From: an uncultured Campylobacter sp. | Lineage (GTDB): Bacteria; Campylobacterota; Campylobacteria; Campylobacterales; Campylobacteraceae | NCBI GenBank assembly: GCA_963522285.1 | Contig: CAUQWV010000001.1 | Location: forward strand, 124,317-188,316 | Direction of reading: 5' to 3' | Length of the DNA: 64,000 nucleotides | In this document: positions 54,307 to 64,000 of the stretch, one piece after another | Layout: every line of letters starts with the position of its first letter | How positions within the stretch are numbered: position 1 is the stretch's first letter | Program-made: the position numbers and the translations under genes | The notes under the pieces: generated by a model | Database searches by the model: none | The model's input: only the letters and a program-made list of their open reading frames with translations | What the model was told of the DNA's origin: nothing

Positions 54307-56542
54307 ATGTTCATGAAAACCTTAGAACAGATATTTACCAAAAATGCTTTAAGCTTTGCTTTTGACGAAATTTCCGCAAGCTCTTCGGGGTTAGATGATA
54401 TCTCATACGCAGATTTTAAGAAAAACTTTGACGAAAATACAAATCATATTATACGCTCACTGACAAACGGCACCTACGCGCCCGAACCGCTAAGAAAGAT
54501 CAACATCCCCAAAGAAAATCGTAGCGGAGTAAGACCCATAGGCATATCCTCCATAAAAGATAAGTTGGTTCAAAGGGTTTTATACTCGGAGTTAAGTCCA
54601 TATTTTGACGAGACGTTTTTATCAAATTCATATGCCTACCGCCCGCATAAATCAACCTACAAAGCCATAAACAGAGCTAGTAATTTCATAAACGAGGGCG
54701 ACTGCTGGATACTCAAAGCCGACGTAAAAGACTTTTTCGAGTCGATAGACCACTCAAAGCTACTGCAAATTTTACAAAAACATATAAAAGACGCAAAGAT
54801 CATAAGCCCAATATCGCTCTTTTTAAAAACCGGCGGATTTTTAAAGCATGACTTTAAAGAACACAAAAATCGGCGTCAATCAGGGCGATATACTATCTCC
54901 CATGCTGTCAAATATCTACCTTGATTTAATGGATAGATTTATAAACAAAACCACGGATAGATTTGTTAGATATGCAGACGATTTTATCGTGTGCTTTGGA
55001 GAAAAAGACGAAGCGACGGATTTTGAGCAAAAGCTAGATGGATTTTTAAAACTACTAAATTTATCCCTCAACAAAGAAAAAACTAAAGTTGTAAACATAA
55101 ACGATGGATTTGTCTTACTGGGTGTTCGTTTCTTTGGAAAAAACCGCTGCGTGGATAATGACAAAATTCAAAAGATCATCTCAAATTTGCACTCCGCAAG
55201 TAAGGAAAAAACAAATTTCATCGACTATATCGACGAGATAAATGCTATTTTGCTTACGCTTAAAAACTACTATCTAAAAATAATACCGCCAAACTCACCG
55301 CAAATAGCGCAGATAAAAGAGCATCTCATAGAGTCCCTGTCGCAAAAGATCGCTCTGCATAAGCAAAACAAAAGCATAAACTCTAAAAAAGAATTTACGC
55401 TCTACCTCGAAAAGATCGATTTTTTGGTATTGTTTAACCAAAACGAGATAAAAGACAAAATAGCCCTAGCTGTGACAAAAGGATATGAAAAATACCTATC
55501 CAAAAAGACTTACGAAAACGACTCCCGCAAGATAAATCAAAAGCGAAATTTCTACGCCTTCAAAATAGCCTCCGACTCGACGCTTCATATCAATCAGATC
55601 GGAGTCCATCTAGGCCTTAGCAAAAATAAATTTACCATAAAACAATACGGTAAAATTTACAAAGAATTTCCTATTTCTAAAATTTCACGCATCATTGTCG
55701 ATAGCGAACACATCTCCTTATCTTCTGCAGTGATCTGGCGCTGCACAAGAGAAAAAATCCATATCGATTTTATAAACAAGCACTACGTCCCATACGCCAC
55801 TTTACTGGCTTACAACAGCGTTTCTACACAGATGGCGCATAAGCAAGCCATGCTCCTAAATACGCCGACGCAACTATATCTTGCCACCTCTTTGGTCGAA
55901 TCAAAGATAAAAAACCAAACCAACTACCTCAAGTACTTAAATAAATACCATAAATTTCTAACTCCAAATATCCAAAAACTAGAAATATCCTAGCAAGAAA
56001 GCTAAAATACGCCAAAAATACAAATGAACTCATGGGCTTTGAGGGCTCGGCTGCTGCTATTTACTGGGACGGCATAAAAAGCATATTGCCGGTAGAATTT
56101 GAAAAACGCATAACATTTGGCGCCAAAGACATCGTAAATTCATCGCTAAACTACGCCTACGCTATACTTTACTCCAAGGTTCAAGAGTGCCTATATGTCG
56201 CAGGGCTTAGCCTGCATATCTCATTTTTGCATGCGCTTGATAGCACAAAGCCGACCCTAGTCTTTGATATGATAGAGCAGTTTAGGACATTTATGGTAGA
56301 TAGAGTCATCGTCTCGATGCTAAATAAAGACGAACCTATCTCGCTAAACAAAGACGGGCTTCTCACCGACGCCTCTAAAAAGCTCATAGCCCAAAATATG
56401 AAAGAAAAACTCGACAGCTACACTATGTGGAAAAAAGAGTCATGCAAATGCGAAAACATAATCATGCAAGAGTGCTACGGACCTAGCTCGCTTTATAAAC
56501 GGCGAGAGCAAAAGTTATAAACCTTTTGTGGGAAAATTCTAA
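54307..56542 (+). pseudogene. cas1: Reverse transcriptase-Cas1 fusion with three single-base frameshifts
   Basis: RT motifs RPIGISSIKDKLVQ, SYAYRP, KADVKDFFESI, GVNQGDILSPMLSNIYL, RYADDF; Cas1 motifs ELMGFEGSAAAIYW, NSSLNYAY, FLH, DMIEQFR. Repaired ~744 aa ends TAATG into cas2. Confidence 0.92.
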
Positions 56543-56817
56543 TGAAATTTGTAATAGCCTATGACATACAAAGCAATAAAAATCGCAAAAAACTCTCCGA
56601 CATCCTAGAAGGCATCGGATACCGCGTAAATTTTAGCGTCTTTGAGTGCGAGCTAAACGAAACCAAGCTAAAAAAACTCATCAAAACCGCCAAACCTCTC
56701 CTAAACGTCAAAACCGATAGCCTTAGATTTTATAGACTATGCGAAAACTGCGTGGATAAAAGCTTTGAGCTTTGCGACAAACCAGCCATCTTTGAAACAC
56801 AAGAGCTCTTTGTTTAG
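56542..56817 (+). CDS. cas2: Cas2
   Basis: VIAYDI, RVNFSVFEC, DSLRFY. Confidence 0.95.
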   Translation: MKFVIAYDIQSNKNRKKLSDILEGIGYRVNFSVFECELNETKLKKLIKTAKPLLNVKTDSLRFYRLCENCVDKSFELCDKPAIFETQELFV

Positions 56818-56844
56818 CTTATGTCATTCTTAAATCTCTCTTTG

Positions 56845-57263
56845 ATTTTAGATTTGCGAACTTTTTTAGCTTAAATTTGAGCTTTTTTGGTTAAAATTTC
56901 GCAAAATAAGTTCGCAAATGTCTATATTTTAAAATATACTCTTTTGCATTTGCGAACTTTTAGTTATGTCTAAGCTTAGGATAGCCTATTTTAGGGGATT
57001 GCGAAACTTATATATCGCTTAAAGTTCGCAAACCTATAAAATTTGAAAATTTTAAAGGAGATTTGCGAACTTTTTTAAAATGATAAATGCCTGAATTTAG
57101 GGGTTCTTTAACTTATCGTTGTTAATTTTACGGAGTTGGTATTTTTAAATATCTATACATTTGCGAACTTTTTTTGAGATTTCTGCGAATTTTAGGTGTT
57201 TTAAAAGATGTTTTCTTAAATAAATTTATTAGTTTTTCTATTGCGAGAGTAGTCTTTTAGGCT
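56845..57263 (+). promoter_or_regulatory. AT-rich CRISPR leader with repeated TTTGCGAACTT motifs
   Basis: Non-coding, between cas2 and the repeat; motif at 56852, 56948, 57061, 57159 (+) and 56908, 57021 (-). Confidence 0.7.
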
Positions 57264-57299
57264 ATTTAAACAAATTTGACCCGATCTAGGGGATTAAGC
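57264..57299 (+). CRISPR. Single CRISPR repeat, no spacers
   Basis: ATTTAAACAAATTTGACCCGATCTAGGGGATTAAGC: CCC/GGG hairpin and ATTAAG 3' end as in type III repeats; no further copy downstream. Confidence 0.75.
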
Positions 57300-57703
57300 A
57301 AAATTAAGTTTGCTTGAAAAAAGAGTTAAAGATGAACGTAAAGCCAAGAGATACGGCTATAGTAGTGTTAGTTAAAGAAGTATAAGTTTGCACTCAAGAG
57401 TCATAAGCCCAAAAAGGCTTGCGTCAGAAGACAAGAAAGCATCAAAATGATACAAAATGACAGCCAAAACAAAAAAGAGTTTTAGAAAATTTCACCATAT
57501 TAGGCTGGCTACGCTTTTTAATATTTTCAAAAAGATTTTATGCGGTTGACTTAAAACACAATATGGCTGGATTTACCGCTCAAAGAAATTATCGATTAAA
57601 GTTACATTGCTCTCCTTATCTCCAAGCCTTAACCCATTTTCTAGCTCCCTGCCTATACTCTCACTATTTATTTTTTCTATGCATTCTGCACCTTTGCCCT
57701 TAT

Positions 57704-58135
57704 CTAGCTTTGACTTTTCTTCTGTTGCGCCAATAAGTCCGGCAACAGCTCGGACGACTTTGTCAAATTTGCCTGCAAATTCTCCAAAGGTTCGGTAAAG
57801 CTCTTTAACGTTTCGTCCAAATCGCTTAAAGAGCTCTCTAGTGCTTGAGGTAATGTCGATAGTTTTTTCATTTGCATCGATAGCGTCACCAAGCTCTTTG
57901 ATATCAGCTCGTCTGACGATAAGATTTGATTGTTTAGATGCTCTATACTTTCGTTTTCTTTCGAGATCCGAGATAAGAGATCTGATATCTGCTTGTTTTG
58001 ACAAAATTCTATTTTGGATAGTTTTAATATTATATACGACAGCTCCTCTAAACTCATTTTCGCCAAGTCCATCTCGTTTAATGTCTCCACTTCCTCCAAA
58101 CCTATCTCTTCCAAATTCGTGTTCATATCTATCAT
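57704..58135 (-). CDS. Coiled-coil gene nested in another frame of the relaxase (MbeD-like position)
   Basis: 143 aa, AAGGAG RBS ahead of the ATG, Leu/Ser/Glu heptad pattern. Confidence 0.6.
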   Translation of the reverse strand: MIDMNTNLEEIGLEEVETLNEMDLAKMSLEELSYIILKLSKIEFCQNKQISDLLSRISKENESIEHLNNQILSSDELISKSLVTLSMQMKKLSTLPQALESSLSDLDETLKSFTEPLENLQANLTKSSELLPDLLAQQKKSQS

Positions 58136-58363
58136 TTATATTCTCCTTTATTATGGTCTCTTCGTTTTTGTTAGCCGACACAAAACTCACCCTATCATCA
58201 ATTTGGTCAAAACCTATCTTTGCTTCTGTCGTGCTACCGGCTTCTAATTCAAATTTAGGCCCGGCGGCTCCATACCTCTTTTCTCCCAAGGATAAAAGAT
58301 TTTTTATCTCACTATTTCTATAGTTTTTAGCTTCTTTTAACCTATGAGCCAATATGGCTATAT

Positions 58364-58567
58364 TTAGGTCTTTTCTTGAAATTTACTCTCTAAATTTGTA
58401 CCGAATACTTTGGCCTCCATCTTGTCTACCAAACGCTCTAAATAGGCTAACCTTTTGGAGTATTTGATTAGCAGGCAAATTATCTCTTGCATCCTTATAC
58501 GCTCTTGCTCTTTCTCTAGCTTTGCTTGAGGGCTCTCCCAAATCTTTAAGACTTCTAAATTTTTCAT
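58364..58567 (-). CDS. Small gene nested in another frame of the relaxase (MbeB-like position)
   Basis: 67 aa, AAAGGAG upstream of the ATG. Confidence 0.5.
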   Translation of the reverse strand: MKNLEVLKIWESPQAKLEKEQERIRMQEIICLLIKYSKRLAYLERLVDKMEAKVFGTNLESKFQEKT

Positions 58568-59269
58568 GAAAAATTTCTCCTTTAAAACGTTTTGATTTTT
58601 TGCTACCTGGTAGCTTTACGGACACATAGTCTTTTCCTATCCTAGTAACTTCTATGTCGCTATCCTTTAAAGACTTTAAAATATCGTCTCTACAGCGGTA
58701 TTTACCCTTTATCAGGTTATCTACTATAATCTTTTCAAGCTCTTCACAATTTTTGCTATCCTTTACATCCTTTTTAGATCCTTGCATTATTTGTTGGTTT
58801 TTTGGATCGCAAGGATCAGTTAAACAATATTTTAAGTTGATAAAATTTTTCCAGGTATTTATCATAGAAAAATCCTTCTTGTGATAGTAAGGATTAAAGC
58901 TTCTAAAATTTAAAAGCTCGACTTTTGGGATACAAAAATTTAGCTCCAAGTTATTCTTATCGCTGTGTTCTACCCAAGAATATTAAAATTTGTGCCAAAG
59001 CCTCCAAAGATCATTTCTTCAAATGATCTTATTATCTTTAGCTTGGTTTCTTCATTTATATCAAGTTCGTTAAATGAAAGACACCCCATGCTAAGCTTTT
59101 GCTTTTTACTTATCATGGATATTATACTTCTAGTTATAGCCTCGGATCCCGATACTACCCTGGCGCTACCAAGACCGACTCTTTCGTTTAATAAATAATC
59201 TATACCTCGCGACGAGCCTCCGAACCGATTTTTAAAAAACTTAACTATCATCTAGACTTGCTTTTATTT

Positions 59270-59548
59270 TTACGTATCTTTTATTGTCGCGTCCAAATTT
59301 AGTTGCACCGCAGAGTACGTTAGATCCGAGCAAAATTGTATATTATCTTTATCCTGGCAAGATACAGAAGATACTGTATCAACATTGTTATCTATATCAC
59401 TAGAATTTTCTTCGTCTAAAAACTCGTCCAACGATGCATCTTCCTGAACTGCATTATCAGCATAAGAACTCTGTGATCCATTTGCACTTTGGCCCACAAA
59501 GTTATTAGAAATTTTAGTAATAGGCTTGCTGCGTTTCTTCAAATACAC
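59270..59548 (-). CDS. Hypothetical acidic protein between mobC and the relaxase
   Basis: 92-aa ORF overlapping the mobC end. Confidence 0.45.
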   Translation of the reverse strand: MYLKKRSKPITKISNNFVGQSANGSQSSYADNAVQEDASLDEFLDEENSSDIDNNVDTVSSVSCQDKDNIQFCSDLTYSAVQLNLDATIKDT

Positions 59549-59846
59549 AATTTACCAAAATATCCATAGATGCTCTTATCTGTTCAATCTTAGTAAGAGC
59601 GTTGGAATCTAAATTATCGTCAGAATTTAGCTTTGCCGCTATTTGATTTAGCAAATTACCAAATTTATTAATTTGCCTTACAGCCTCTTTATCTATACGA
59701 TGAATCGGAGTCTTACTGCCACATATAAGGCTTTTAACATACTCGGATTCGGTTTGCCCGGCAAGATTGGCATTCATTATTAGCCTATCCAATTGCTCTT
59801 CATTAAGTCTAATTGTTACGGATTTCGGAAAGTCAACTGCCTTCAT
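59514..59846 (-). CDS. mobC: Mobilization accessory protein MobC (ribbon-helix-helix)
   Basis: SVTIRLNEEQ...SEYVKSLI RHH; RQINKFGNLLNQIAAKLN signature. Confidence 0.88.
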   Translation of the reverse strand: MKAVDFPKSVTIRLNEEQLDRLIMNANLAGQTESEYVKSLICGSKTPIHRIDKEAVRQINKFGNLLNQIAAKLNSDDNLDSNALTKIEQIRASMDILVNCVFEETQQAYY

Positions 59847-60049
59847 ACCAACTCCTCATTTTTAACGACAGCATGCTTTTCAAGCCACCTGTCCAACTCT
59901 AGCCTATCGTATCTCACATTAGAGTTAATCTTGGTAAAAGGTATAATTCGTTGCATACGGTATTTTGCTTGAGTATTTACCGATAATCCATACTCTTTTG
60001 CTACATCTTTTGGTGTTAGCCATCTTTTTTCCGAAAAAATATTGCTCAT
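59843..60049 (-). CDS. Excisionase-like HTH protein
   Basis: WLTPKDVAKEYGLSVNT...IPFTKI...VRYDRLELDRWL; AGGAG RBS. Confidence 0.85.
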   Translation of the reverse strand: MSNIFSEKRWLTPKDVAKEYGLSVNTQAKYRMQRIIPFTKINSNVRYDRLELDRWLEKHAVVKNEELV

Positions 60050-60139
60050 AGTATTCTCCTAAAAAATTTAGGAAATTGTATTAAAAAAGTAGAATTTATT
60101 TCCGCATTTTTTGTATAAAAACAATAAATTTTGCGGTTT

Positions 60140-60877
60140 TTAAATAAGAACAAAAGTAGTTTTATAGTTTAGGTCGTAGGTTATGGTTTTTATGGCGGTA
60201 TTTATTGCTGAGACAAACTCATTGCGTTTTGTTCTCTCATCAATTTTTAGATTTTTATACCTATTCATTTCCCTCAAAGTATTTTGTATGTCTTTTTCAT
60301 ACTTATAATATCTACAATCCGCTATAGTTTCATAATCATATAGAAGATAAAATTCTGCAGACATAAGATTGTTAAAAGAATTAATAACATCCCTATATCC
60401 TTTATGTTTTTGACAAATCAAAGAATTAGTTTTGGCTACCATATAAATAAACAAACAATATCCAAGATCATACAGATCGACATCTAGATATTTGCTAGTT
60501 TCGGCTATATAGTCTATATTATCTTGGATGCATCCTTTTCTTTTTTTACTTTTTTCTACCAACTTCAAATAGCTCTCGTCATAATCATATGCACCCGTAA
60601 GTCTATCATAAGTAAAATGATCTTCATAGCTTCGAAAGCTGTATTTATCGGCATCAGCAAACATATAATTCTCAAAAAAAGGCAATATTAGTTCCCTCGC
60701 AAACTCGATTATACTCGGAACCGAAGAAACAGCCAATATATTTTGATTATTACAAGAGTTTTTCTCAACTAAGCTTACAGCTATTGCTTTTAATAAATCC
60801 AATGCTCGGCAAGGATCTGACTTTAATATCAAACCGTCTATTTCAATATCTTTGCTCATATTTTCTACATCCCACAT
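60140..60877 (-). CDS. Hypothetical Tyr-rich protein between integrase and excisionase
   Basis: 245-aa uninterrupted ORF; alternative start at 60859. Confidence 0.7.
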   Translation of the reverse strand: MWDVENMSKDIEIDGLILKSDPCRALDLLKAIAVSLVEKNSCNNQNILAVSSVPSIIEFARELILPFFENYMFADADKYSFRSYEDHFTYDRLTGAYDYDESYLKLVEKSKKRKGCIQDNIDYIAETSKYLDVDLYDLGYCLFIYMVAKTNSLICQKHKGYRDVINSFNNLMSAEFYLLYDYETIADCRYYKYEKDIQNTLREMNRYKNLKIDERTKRNEFVSAINTAIKTITYDLNYKTTFVLI

Positions 60878-62002
60878 TTAATATTATCTAACATCTCAAG
60901 AACCTTACAGCTATTTATATAGGTATCGTAAGTTATGTAATTTTTATATGTAACACCATCTCTTTTGTGAGTTAAATGATCTTTAATAATGTCACTATTC
61001 GCACCAAGTTCTTCGAGTGCCGAACCGCTTATGTGTGTCTAGTGCCGTGTAGCTTAAAATCATCAAAACCCACAAATTTATCGAGTTTCATCTTTTGTCT
61101 ATCCGTATTTTTAATAGACTCGCCGGTTTTTGGACTTGCAAATACTAGACCGCATCTATCGGTCGGTATTTGCGTTATGGCTTCTTTTACGAGTAAAGGA
61201 AGCGGCTTTTTATAGTCGTTTTCGTTTTTTGTATCTATTAAGTAATATACGTCGTTTTCCAAGTCGATGTTTTCCCATTTTAGGCTGGCTACTTCTCCTT
61301 TTCGCCTACCATACAGGCAAAATAATAAAAATCCTCTCCAAAACGGATCGTCTTTATAAAGCTCCAAGATAGCCATTTTTAACTTGTAAAATTTACCAAC
61401 AGCATCTTTTACTATCGTTTTTCTAGTCGTTTTAGCTATTTTAGTTAGCAGAGTGCAAGGATTTACTACTATTAGCTGATTGCGAAGCGCTATGTCAAAC
61501 ATCTCACCTAAAATTCGTCTTGTATTATCATATGCCGTACGCTTTGACAATACCTGCACTTTTCCTATTATTTTATTAAATTTTCCATCGCGCATTAGAT
61601 TATGGATAATATCGTCTATTTGGGCAGCTATAACGTCTACTACGATCTCTTTGCCAATACTGTCTTGCAAATAGGTCTCATAAAATGCAATGTCGCTAGC
61701 TACCGACTTTTGCCGATATCCTTTTTGCCTTTCCACAGTTCAAACAGATCATTAACCTTAGTAGTATCTTTAAATTTGAGCCCCTTTGCCTGCTTGCTTA
61801 CGCCCTCTAGCCACTTTAGAAGCTCTTTTTTGGCTTCGTTTTTGTATTCTCTCTTGCTCCATCCGCTACGAGTATCTAGCGTAAGCACTTTTGTGAAGTA
61901 TTTACTGCCAATAACCTTTCTTAGCAAAAAGACGTTTGGTTTTATTTTGTGTACAAATAGGCAAGTTTCAACCTTTCTATAATCAAGTTTATTAATCGCC
62001 AT
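60865..62002 (-). pseudogene. Tyrosine integrase with two frameshifts
   Basis: YGRRKGEVASLKW box I, DTKN, KLHGTRH; the next frame continues ISGSALEELG...HLTH...NY (box II). Shifts near 61710 and at a CACACA run near 61035. Confidence 0.9.
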
Positions 62003-62010
62003 TTTAACGC

Positions 62011-63192
62011 CTAATACAACAATCCAAGCAGCCAAAGCGGTATTTTATTACCGCTTCCTGCCTCTATTTCATCGGCAGCTATATATGAGTCTGAGATACC
62101 TTTTATCTGTTCAAAGCTCTTATTTTTTCCACCCACTTCAAATATAAATTTATCATCTACAATAAAGTCGCCTTGTTTTGGGATATTTAGCCTATGTTTT
62201 ACCCTTAGCTGATTAGCAAAAAAAGTCTCTCTTATGGTGCCCGCCTTGCAATCATCGCCGTAAGCGTAAATCAAATTTGTATTATTCATATATATTTTTG
62301 CCGGCCTTACTAGCTTACTAAGTCCCCTACTTTGCTCATCTATCATATTTACTAGCCTTGCATCTTTTAAATAGGCGATATAATCATATAGTTTAGCTCT
62401 ACTTATCTCGGCAAGAGCTGCGATTTTAGTATAATTCACCTCAAACGGCTCGCTTTGGCAAACTACTTCAAGCAGTTTTTTAAGCTTATATGTGTATTTT
62501 TGCTCAACTAACCCGAGAGACGTTAGATCTACGTCTATACTTAGATTAATCGTGTTTAGCAAGCTTTCGTAGTATGAGCTTTGCTTATTAAAGTAAAATG
62601 GATAGTAGCCAAATTTGAGATATTTTTTAAATTGACTTAGCTTTATTTTTAGGTCGTTTGCTATTGCCTGATGGTTTTTTAGTATCGTCTCTAGGCTAAA
62701 TTTATCTATCGTCACACCGTTTTCAAGCTCTAAAAACTCTCTAAAACTAAGCCCCTCTAGGCTAAATACGCTAACCCTACGCGATAAATCGCTTTTTGCG
62801 TTTAGTATACTTACCGCCGATGAACCGGTAAAAATTACATTTAAAGGACTCATATCGTATATAGTTTTTAAGTGTGCGGCAAAATCTTCGTATTTATGCA
62901 CTTCATCTAGCAACAGATATTCGCCGCCGTTATCTACAAATTCAAAGGCAAGTTCGCTAAGACTAGCAGAGCCTAAAAACGGGTAATCAAGACTTACGTA
63001 TAGAGCCTTTTTGTTTTGAGCTTTTAATTCAATCAGCTTTTGAAATAGCATTGTAGTCTTACCTGTGCCGCGGGCTCCTACTATGCCGATAAGCTTCTCG
63101 CTAAAATTTATTTCATTGTATAAATAACGCTTGTATGTCGTATTAAAATTTTTAAGAAATCTTTCTTGATACTGCTCTATTAAATTTAACAT
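62011..63192 (-). CDS. AAA+ ATPase (AAA_14/DUF4143-like) with C-terminal PD-(D/E)xK-like segment
   Basis: GARGTGKT, LLLDEVHK, FTGSS, YLKFGYYP, GDFIVDDKFIFEVGGK; start at ATG 63192 after AAAGGG. Confidence 0.85.
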   Translation of the reverse strand: MLNLIEQYQERFLKNFNTTYKRYLYNEINFSEKLIGIVGARGTGKTTMLFQKLIELKAQNKKALYVSLDYPFLGSASLSELAFEFVDNGGEYLLLDEVHKYEDFAAHLKTIYDMSPLNVIFTGSSAVSILNAKSDLSRRVSVFSLEGLSFREFLELENGVTIDKFSLETILKNHQAIANDLKIKLSQFKKYLKFGYYPFYFNKQSSYYESLLNTINLSIDVDLTSLGLVEQKYTYKLKKLLEVVCQSEPFEVNYTKIAALAEISRAKLYDYIAYLKDARLVNMIDEQSRGLSKLVRPAKIYMNNTNLIYAYGDDCKAGTIRETFFANQLRVKHRLNIPKQGDFIVDDKFIFEVGGKNKSFEQIKGISDSYIAADEIEAGSGNKIPLWLLGLLY

Positions 63193-63788
63193 TTTTATCC
63201 CTTTATGTAATTGTCTATAAACGTAGACAATATTAAGACATATTAGCATGAAATTTTTAAATTGTCAACGTCTATAAACGATTATACTGTCATGTAGCAT
63301 TTTATTTAAATTTTTATCTTCGTAATTTTAGTTTTACCAAAGTCGTTTGTGGCGTATCATATACTTATTTAACCAGTCTTTACAACTAGCTAAGTTAATA
63401 TAAAACATACGTATTTTCTATAACAATAAGCCTTTGAGAATATTCTATAAAATTCCTTGAGTCGTTCTTAACAGGCTTGCATATAGTATCTTAGAAATTT
63501 ATGCAGTTTGGTAAACGTGAGTTTAAACGACAATTGTTTTGTCTGTCAGCTTATTAGAGTCACTATTAAACTTTAAATATACTTCTTTCTCTGTCATTAT
63601 CTACGGGTTTATTTTAAATACTTGTATTATAATCCTTGAATATTTAGGATTATAATAGAATATTCTTATATTTGTGAATTTATTTGATATGCTGATTGGT
63701 GCTAATAAAAAGTAAAATCTTATTTGGTCTTACTTTTCTACAATAAAGCCATCTTGCTTGTGAGATGCGAAAAAACCGTAATGAAAAA

Positions 63789-63998
63789 TCAGCTTAAATC
63801 AATATCTCTGGGCAAATAGTTAGAAAAAATTTTAACTACCGTATTTTTATCTTCTCTCTCCAGGAAGCGCAACACTTGATTGCAGTATTCTTTATTTTTT
63901 AAATTGAAATAATGCCCTACGCTTTCTACAATTCCTTTTTCATTGAAAATTTTTAATATTTCTACATAGTCTTTAGCATTATCATATATTGTTAATTT
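63789..63998 (-). CDS. 3' end of an uncharacterised gene entering from the right edge
   Basis: Open frame KLTIYDNAKDYVEILKIFNEKG...FSNYLPRDIDLS* to TGA at 63789-63791. Confidence 0.6.
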   Translation of the reverse strand, partial: KLTIYDNAKDYVEILKIFNEKGIVESVGHYFNLKNKEYCNQVLRFLEREDKNTVVKIFSNYLPRDIDLS

Positions 63999-64000
63999 TT

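Larger units (their letters stand above)
57573..59251 (-). pseudogene. MOB_P/HEN (ColE1 MbeA-like) relaxase; one frameshift and one nonsense codon
   Basis: MIVKFF...IDYLL; adding a base at 58976-58977 gives ILWVEHSDKNNLELNF (HEN motif); in-frame TAA at 58383-58385 separates the C-terminal ORF. Confidence 0.85.
46644..64000. mobile_element. Integrative mobilizable element/genomic island at tRNA-Phe carrying type III-A CRISPR-Cas; right end outside the window
   Basis: Marked AT enrichment after the tRNA; integrase, HTH excisionase-like, MobC and relaxase genes; no second tRNA 3'-end copy seen. Confidence 0.85.

Noticed and set aside
54307..55200. Group II intron, retron or DGR interpretation of the RT
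   Set aside because: The RT continues into Cas1 and is coupled to cas2; I saw no intron domain V/VI, maturase-endonuclease tail or TR/VR pair
63250..64000. attR copy of the tRNA-Phe 3' end
   Set aside because: No CTCTAACCACCA-like sequence found by eye; the boundary is probably outside the window

Overview
Campylobacter-type (Epsilonproteobacteria) chromosomal segment; gene order and codon style suggest an oral C. gracilis-like organism (inference). Bases 1-46.1 kb are mostly intact housekeeping genes: a glycan flippase, galE, a signal-peptide ATP-dependent DNA ligase, fabI, tpiA-pgk-gap, rny, ftsY, brnQ, radA, three amino-acid binding proteins, ung, thyX, two NSS transporters, rho, accA-fabF-acpP-fabG, gpmI and mraY-murD. 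This part also has a barnase/barstar pair and very dense RAATTY motifs, some inside low-complexity insertions in proteins. After tRNA-Phe (46568-46643) the sequence becomes AT-rich and forms an integrative mobilizable element running off the right edge. It has a tyrosine integrase, an excisionase-like HTH gene, MobC, a ColE1-like HEN relaxase with two nested genes and a candidate oriT. Its cargo is a type III-A CRISPR-Cas system: cas6, a compact HD-less cas10, csm2-5, and a divergent RT-Cas1 fusion plus cas2. There is no spacer array. Two solitary repeats, each behind a copy of a leader, flank RT-cas1-cas2, and no cOA effector is visible. Many island genes carry frameshifts or nonsense codons, while the core genes do not.
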